Assembly (NCBI GenBank): GCA_011322575.1
Contig: DRMK01000316.1
Span: 1-25,016, forward strand
Direction: 5' to 3'
Source of the DNA: Gammaproteobacteria bacterium
GTDB taxonomy: Bacteria; Pseudomonadota; Gammaproteobacteria; Thiohalospirales; Thiohalospiraceae
Length of the DNA: 25,016 nt
Within the stretch, counting starts at the first letter, position 1, and every line of letters starts with the position of its first letter. Positions 20,135 through 25,016 of this stretch are shown here, piece after piece. The notes under the pieces are model-generated. The model saw only the letters and a list, made by a program, of their open reading frames with translations, was not told where the DNA came from and made no database searches. The translations under genes were made by a program, and so were the position numbers.

Positions 20135-20623
20135 ATGAGTGCATTGGGCCGGTTTTTCAAGAGTCTGTTCCTGCTGGAGCTGCTGCGCGGGCTGCGCCTC
20201 ACCGGCCGCTACCTGCTGGACAGGAAGGTCACCATCATCTACCCCGAGGAGAAGACGCCGCAGTCGCCCCGCTTCCGCGGGCTGCACGCCCAGCGCCGCT
20301 ATCCCAACGGGGAGGAGCGCTGTATCGCCTGCAAGCTGTGTGAGGCGGTGTGCCCCGCCATGGCCATCACCATCGAGGCGGCCCCGCGCGAGGATGGCAG
20401 CCGGCGCACCTCCCGTTACGAGATCGATCTGACCAAGTGCATCTTCTGCGGCTTCTGCGAGGAGTCCTGTCCGGTGGATGCCATTGTGGAGACCCGGGTG
20501 TTCGAATATTTCGGCGAGAAGCGGGGTGATCTGGTGAAGGGCAAGGAGGAGCTGCTCTCCATCGGGGATCGGCTGGAGGCGCAGATCGCGGCCGATCGGG
20601 AGCAGGATGCGCCCTATCGCTAA
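20135..20623 (+). CDS. nuoI: NADH-quinone oxidoreductase subunit I
   Basis: Two ferredoxin motifs [12 protein letters not shown] and [12 protein letters not shown]. Confidence 0.98.
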   Translation: MSALGRFFKSLFLLELLRGLRLTGRYLLDRKVTIIYPEEKTPQSPRFRGLHAQRRYPNGEERCIACKLCEAVCPAMAITIEAAPREDGSRRTSRYEIDLTKCIFCGFCEESCPVDAIVETRVFEYFGEKRGDLVKGKEELLSIGDRLEAQIAADREQDAPYR

Positions 20624-20644
20624 CTGACAGGTGCTGATATTCAG

Positions 20645-21274
20645 ATGAGTTTCGAGCAGTTCGTCTTCTACTTGTTTTCCGCGGCCATGCTGGGCTCCGC
20701 GCTGATGGTGATCACCCTGCGCAATCCGGTGCATGCGGCGCTCTCCCTGGTGCTCACCTTCGTCTCTGGAGCGGCGCTTTGGCTGCTGCTGGAGGCGGAG
20801 TTTCTCGCCATTACCCTGGTGCTGGTCTACGTCGGGGCGGTGATGGTGCTGTTCCTGTTCGTGGTGATGATGCTGGATGTGAATCTGGCCCGGTTGCGCG
20901 AGGGGTTCGTCAAGCTGCTGCCGGTGGGCGTGCTGGCGGCGCTGCTGGTGGTTGGCATGATGATCTATGTGGTGGGGCCCGCCAACTTCGGTCTCGATCA
21001 GGTGGCCGAGCCGGCCGGTCATCCGGCGGATTACAGCAACACCCGGGAGCTTGGGCTGGTGCTCTATACGGTTTACGTCTATCCATTCGAGATTGCGGCG
21101 GTGATCCTGCTGGTGGCCATCATTGCCGCCATTCTGCTGGCGCTGCGCAAGCGCCCGTCCAGCAAGCAGCAGAATCCGGATCTGCAGATTGCGGTGCGCA
21201 AGGAGGATCGGTTGCGTATTGTTCAGGTGGCGGCCGAGGGGAGTCAGGCGGCCAGGCCGGAGGAGAAGGGATGA
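20645..21274 (+). CDS. nuoJ: NADH-quinone oxidoreductase subunit J
   Basis: [41 protein letters not shown]. Confidence 0.97.
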   Translation: MSFEQFVFYLFSAAMLGSALMVITLRNPVHAALSLVLTFVSGAALWLLLEAEFLAITLVLVYVGAVMVLFLFVVMMLDVNLARLREGFVKLLPVGVLAALLVVGMMIYVVGPANFGLDQVAEPAGHPADYSNTRELGLVLYTVYVYPFEIAAVILLVAIIAAILLALRKRPSSKQQNPDLQIAVRKEDRLRIVQVAAEGSQAARPEEKG

Positions 21275-21576
21275 TTGCGCTGTCCGACTATCTGATTCTG
21301 GGCGCCATCCTGTTCGGCATCAGCGTGGCGGGGATCTTCCTCAACCGCAAGAACATCATCATTCTGCTGATGTGCATCGAGCTCATGCTGCTGGCGGTCA
21401 ACATGAACTTTATCGCCTTCTCCCACTATCTGGGGGATATCGCCGGTCAGGTGTTCGTGTTCTTCATCCTTACTGTTGCGGCGGCGGAGGCGGCCATCGG
21501 CCTCGCCATTCTGGTGGTGCTGTTCCGCAACCGGCGCACCATCAACGTGGATGATCTGGATTCACTGAAGGGATAG
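21271..21576 (+). CDS. nuoK: NADH-quinone oxidoreductase subunit K
   Basis: ATG at 21271 (ATGA overlap with nuoJ) inside track ORF 20779-21576; [24 protein letters not shown]; 101 aa. Confidence 0.97.
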   Translation: MIALSDYLILGAILFGISVAGIFLNRKNIIILLMCIELMLLAVNMNFIAFSHYLGDIAGQVFVFFILTVAAAEAAIGLAILVVLFRNRRTINVDDLDSLKG

Positions 21577-21591
21577 CAGCGGAGCGACCAT

Positions 21592-23541
21592 ATGCAAAAC
21601 CTCTATCTCACCATCGTTCTGGCACCGCTGTTCGGCGCTATCGTGGCCGGTCTGTTCGGGCGCTTCATCAGCCGCTCGGTGGCCCATGGCGTGACCATCG
21701 CTGGGGTGGCGCTGTCCACCGTTCTCTCCCTGTATGTGTTCAAGCATATCGCCATCGACGGGGGCGAGATCTTCAACGGCACCGTGTACACATGGATGGT
21801 GAGCGACGGGATCCGCTTTGAAGTGGGCTTCCTGATCGATCCGTTGAGCGCCATGATGATGGCGGTGGTGACCTTCGTCTCCCTGATGGTGCATATCTAT
21901 ACCATCGGCTATATGCATGACGATCCGGGGTACAAGCGTTTCTTCAGCTATATCTCGCTGTTCACCTTCTCCATGCTGATGCTGGTGATGTCCAACAATT
22001 TCATGCAGCTGTTCTTCGGCTGGGAGGCGGTGGGGTTGGTCTCCTACCTGTTGATCGGTTTCTGGTTCAAGCGGCCCAGCGCCATATTTGCCAACCTGAA
22101 GGCGTTTCTGGTCAACCGGGTGGGAGACTTTGGATTCCTGCTGGGCATCGCCGCGGTGTTGATGTATTTCAACAGTCTGGATTATGCAGATGTGTTCAAG
22201 GCGGCGCCGCTGATGGCGGATATGACCATCCAGGTTATTCCGGGGGTGGAGTGGTCGCTGATGACGGTGATCTGCATCCTGCTGTTCATCGGTGCCATGG
22301 GCAAGTCGGCCCAGGTTCCGCTGCATGTGTGGCTGCCTGATTCCATGGAGGGCCCGACCCCTATCTCGGCCCTGATCCACGCCGCTACCATGGTTACCGC
22401 CGGTATCTTCATGGTGGCGCGCATGTCGCCGCTGTATGAGCTCTCCACCACCGCGCTTGGCGTGGTGCTGGTGATTGGCGCCATAACTGCGCTGTTCATG
22501 GGGATCCTGGGCATCATCCAGAACGACATCAAGCGGGTGGTGGCCTACTCCACCCTCTCCCAGCTGGGCTATATGACCGTGGCGCTGGGCGCTTCCGCCT
22601 ACGCGGCGGGGGTGTTCCACCTGATGACCCATGCCTTCTTCAAGGCGCTGCTGTTCCTGGCGGCGGGTTCGGTGATCATCGGCATGCACCATGAGCAGGA
22701 TATCCGCAAGATGGGGGGGATCAAAAAGTATATGCCGATCACCTACTGGACCATGCTGATCGGCTCGCTGGCGCTGATTGGTTTCCCTGGTTTCGCCGGT
22801 TTCTTTTCCAAGGATGCCATTATCGAGGCGGTGCATCTGTCCAATACGCCGGGGGCCGGGTTTGCCTATTTCTCTGTGCTCATCGGGGTGTTCATTACCG
22901 CCTTCTACAGCTTTCGCATGTTCTTCTTGGTGTTCCACGGGGAGGAGCGGATGGATGAACATACCAGGGAGCATCTGCATGAGACTCCCTGGGTAGTCAC
23001 CGGGCCGCTGATTGCCCTGGCGATCCCTTCCATATTCATCGGGGCGCTGTTTATCGGCTCCATGCTATTCGGTGATTTTTTCGGGGATGCCATCTATGTC
23101 AGCCATGAGCGTGATGTGCTGGGGCATCTGGGGGAGCATTTTCATGGCTGGTTCAGCTTCGTGTTGCACGGGCTGACGGGGCCGGCTTTCTACCTTGCCA
23201 TGGCGGGCGTGGGGGCGGCCTGGTTCCTGTATCTGAAGCGTCCCGAAATTCCCGAGATGATCAAGGAGCGGGCCGGTGTGCTGTACACCATTCTGGACCG
23301 CAAGTATGGCTTCGACGATTTCAACGAGAAGGTGATCGCCGCCGGCAGCCGGGCGCTGGGCCGGTTGCTGTGGCAGGTGGGAGACGTGAAGGCGATCGAT
23401 GGTTTCGTGGTTAATGGAGCGGCGAAGAGCGTGGAGTGGTTCTCGGGTGTGGTGCGGCATGTTCAGACCGGGTTCCTGTATCACTATGCGTTTGCCATGT
23501 TCGTGGGCCTGTTCGTTCTGATTGCCCTGTTTGTGTTTTGA
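21592..23541 (+). CDS. nuoL: NADH-quinone oxidoreductase subunit L
   Basis: FFGWEAVGL, GKSAQVPLHVWLPDSMEGPTPISALIHAATMV, THAFFKALLFL; 649 aa. Confidence 0.98.
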   Translation: MQNLYLTIVLAPLFGAIVAGLFGRFISRSVAHGVTIAGVALSTVLSLYVFKHIAIDGGEIFNGTVYTWMVSDGIRFEVGFLIDPLSAMMMAVVTFVSLMVHIYTIGYMHDDPGYKRFFSYISLFTFSMLMLVMSNNFMQLFFGWEAVGLVSYLLIGFWFKRPSAIFANLKAFLVNRVGDFGFLLGIAAVLMYFNSLDYADVFKAAPLMADMTIQVIPGVEWSLMTVICILLFIGAMGKSAQVPLHVWLPDSMEGPTPISALIHAATMVTAGIFMVARMSPLYELSTTALGVVLVIGAITALFMGILGIIQNDIKRVVAYSTLSQLGYMTVALGASAYAAGVFHLMTHAFFKALLFLAAGSVIIGMHHEQDIRKMGGIKKYMPITYWTMLIGSLALIGFPGFAGFFSKDAIIEAVHLSNTPGAGFAYFSVLIGVFITAFYSFRMFFLVFHGEERMDEHTREHLHETPWVVTGPLIALAIPSIFIGALFIGSMLFGDFFGDAIYVSHERDVLGHLGEHFHGWFSFVLHGLTGPAFYLAMAGVGAAWFLYLKRPEIPEMIKERAGVLYTILDRKYGFDDFNEKVIAAGSRALGRLLWQVGDVKAIDGFVVNGAAKSVEWFSGVVRHVQTGFLYHYAFAMFVGLFVLIALFVF

Positions 23542-23570
23542 CTGGAACTATCTATTGAAGGTGGGAATGC

Positions 23571-25016
23571 ATGTCCTCTGAACTGCCACTGCTGAGTCTG
23601 GTTGTCTGGACCCCGATTGTCGGCGGGCTGCTGGTGCTTGCGATTGGCAGTGGCAAGCATGTGCTGGAGGCGCGGGTGGTAGCGCTGCTGGTGGCATTGC
23701 TTACCTTCGCCATCTCTATCCCACTGTATGCGCTGTTCGACGGTAACACCTACCAGATGCAGTTTGTGGAGCTGTATCCCTGGATTGAGCGCTTCAACAT
23801 CAATTACCACCTGGGGGTGGATGGCATCTCCATGCCGCTGATTATCCTCACCACCTTTACCACGGTGCTGGTGGTGCTGGCCGGCTGGGAGGTGATCCAG
23901 TACAAGCCGGCCCAGTATATGGCGGCGTTCCTGATCATGGAGGGGCTGATGAACGGCGTGTTCGCCGCTCTGGACGGGATGCTGTTCTATGTGTTCTGGG
24001 AGGCGCTGCTGATCCCCATGTTCGTGGTGATCGGGATCTGGGGCGGGCCGCGGCGGGTGTACGCCACCATCAAGTTCTTCCTCTATACATTCCTGGGTTC
24101 GGTGTTCATGCTGGTCTCCCTGATCTACATGTATTTCCAGGCGGACAGCTTCGCTATTCTGGATTTCCATGCCCTCAAGCTGGGGATGACGGCCCAGATC
24201 CTTATCTTCCTGGCCTTCCTGCTTGCGTTTGCGGTGAAGGTTCCCATGTGGCCGGTGCACACCTGGTTGCCAGATGCGCACGTGGAGGCGCCTACCGGCG
24301 GTTCGGTGATCCTGGCAGCTATCATGCTCAAGCTGGGGGCCTACGGCTTCCTGCGCTTCAGCCTTCCGATGGTCCCCGACGCCAGCCGCGAGCTGGACTG
24401 GCTCATGATTATGCTGTCGCTGATCGCGGTGGTGTACATCGGTTTCGTGGCGCTGGTGCAGAAGGATATGAAGAAGCTGGTGGCCTATTCATCCATTTCA
24501 CACATGGGGTTCGTGACGCTCGGCTTTTTCATCGCGTTTGCCATCTTCGAGAACACCGGCAGCTGGAAGGGGGCCGCCATGGGAATCGAGGGGGGCATAG
24601 TGCAGATGATCTCCCACGGCTTCATCTCCGGGGCAATGTTCCTCTGTATCGGGGTGCTGTATGACCGGGTGCACAGCCGCGAGATCGCGGCCTACGGAGG
24701 GGTGACCAACACCATGCCTGCCTTCGCCGCCTTTGCGGTGCTGTTTGCCATGGCCAACTCCGGCCTGCCTGGCACCTCGGGATTCGTTGGGGAGTTCATG
24801 GTGATTCTGAGCGCCTTCAAGGCCGATTTCTGGATCGCTTTCGTGGCGGCCCTGACCCTGATCGTTGGAGCGGCCTATACGCTCTGGATGGTCAAGAGGG
24901 TGTTCTTCGGGGAGGTGGCCAATGACAACGTGGCCAAACTGAAGGATATAAATGCACGCGAGTTCGTCATTCTGTCCACGCTGGCTGCGGCGGTGCTGTT
25001 CTTCGGAATCTACCCC
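23571..25016 (+). CDS. nuoM: NADH-quinone oxidoreductase subunit M, 3'-truncated by the window edge
   Basis: Not in the ORF track because it has no stop in the window. Hand translation from ATG 23571: MSSELPLLSLVVWTPIVGG, LGVDGISMPL, FYVFWE, VKVPMWPVHTWLPDAHVEAPTGGSVILA. Confidence 0.96.
   Translation, partial: MSSELPLLSLVVWTPIVGGLLVLAIGSGKHVLEARVVALLVALLTFAISIPLYALFDGNTYQMQFVELYPWIERFNINYHLGVDGISMPLIILTTFTTVLVVLAGWEVIQYKPAQYMAAFLIMEGLMNGVFAALDGMLFYVFWEALLIPMFVVIGIWGGPRRVYATIKFFLYTFLGSVFMLVSLIYMYFQADSFAILDFHALKLGMTAQILIFLAFLLAFAVKVPMWPVHTWLPDAHVEAPTGGSVILAAIMLKLGAYGFLRFSLPMVPDASRELDWLMIMLSLIAVVYIGFVALVQKDMKKLVAYSSISHMGFVTLGFFIAFAIFENTGSWKGAAMGIEGGIVQMISHGFISGAMFLCIGVLYDRVHSREIAAYGGVTNTMPAFAAFAVLFAMANSGLPGTSGFVGEFMVILSAFKADFWIAFVAALTLIVGAAYTLWMVKRVFFGEVANDNVAKLKDINAREFVILSTLAAAVLFFGIYP

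Overview
Mostly core housekeeping DNA from a GC-rich gammaproteobacterium; the taxon is inferred from gene order and protein style only. In order: the 3' part of comEC (+); a 282-bp intergenic spacer almost entirely filled by a 271-bp interrupted inverted repeat; a minus-strand operon (MidA/NDUFAF7-family methyltransferase, uppP, VanZ-family protein); then on the plus strand a pteridine reductase, a small membrane protein, rlmE-ftsH-folP-glmM-tpiA-secG-tRNA-Leu(GAG) and the complex I operon nuoA to nuoM with separate nuoC and nuoD. nuoM runs off the window and is missing from the ORF track. I see no transposase, integrase, CRISPR array, prophage or defence system, and I cannot support a new multi-gene system here. 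The signals worth following are non-coding: the long hairpin/MITE-like element between comEC and the VanZ-family gene, a second unrelated 101-nt hairpin between secG and tRNA-Leu, and a few candidate regulatory motifs. All pairings and counts were done by hand.
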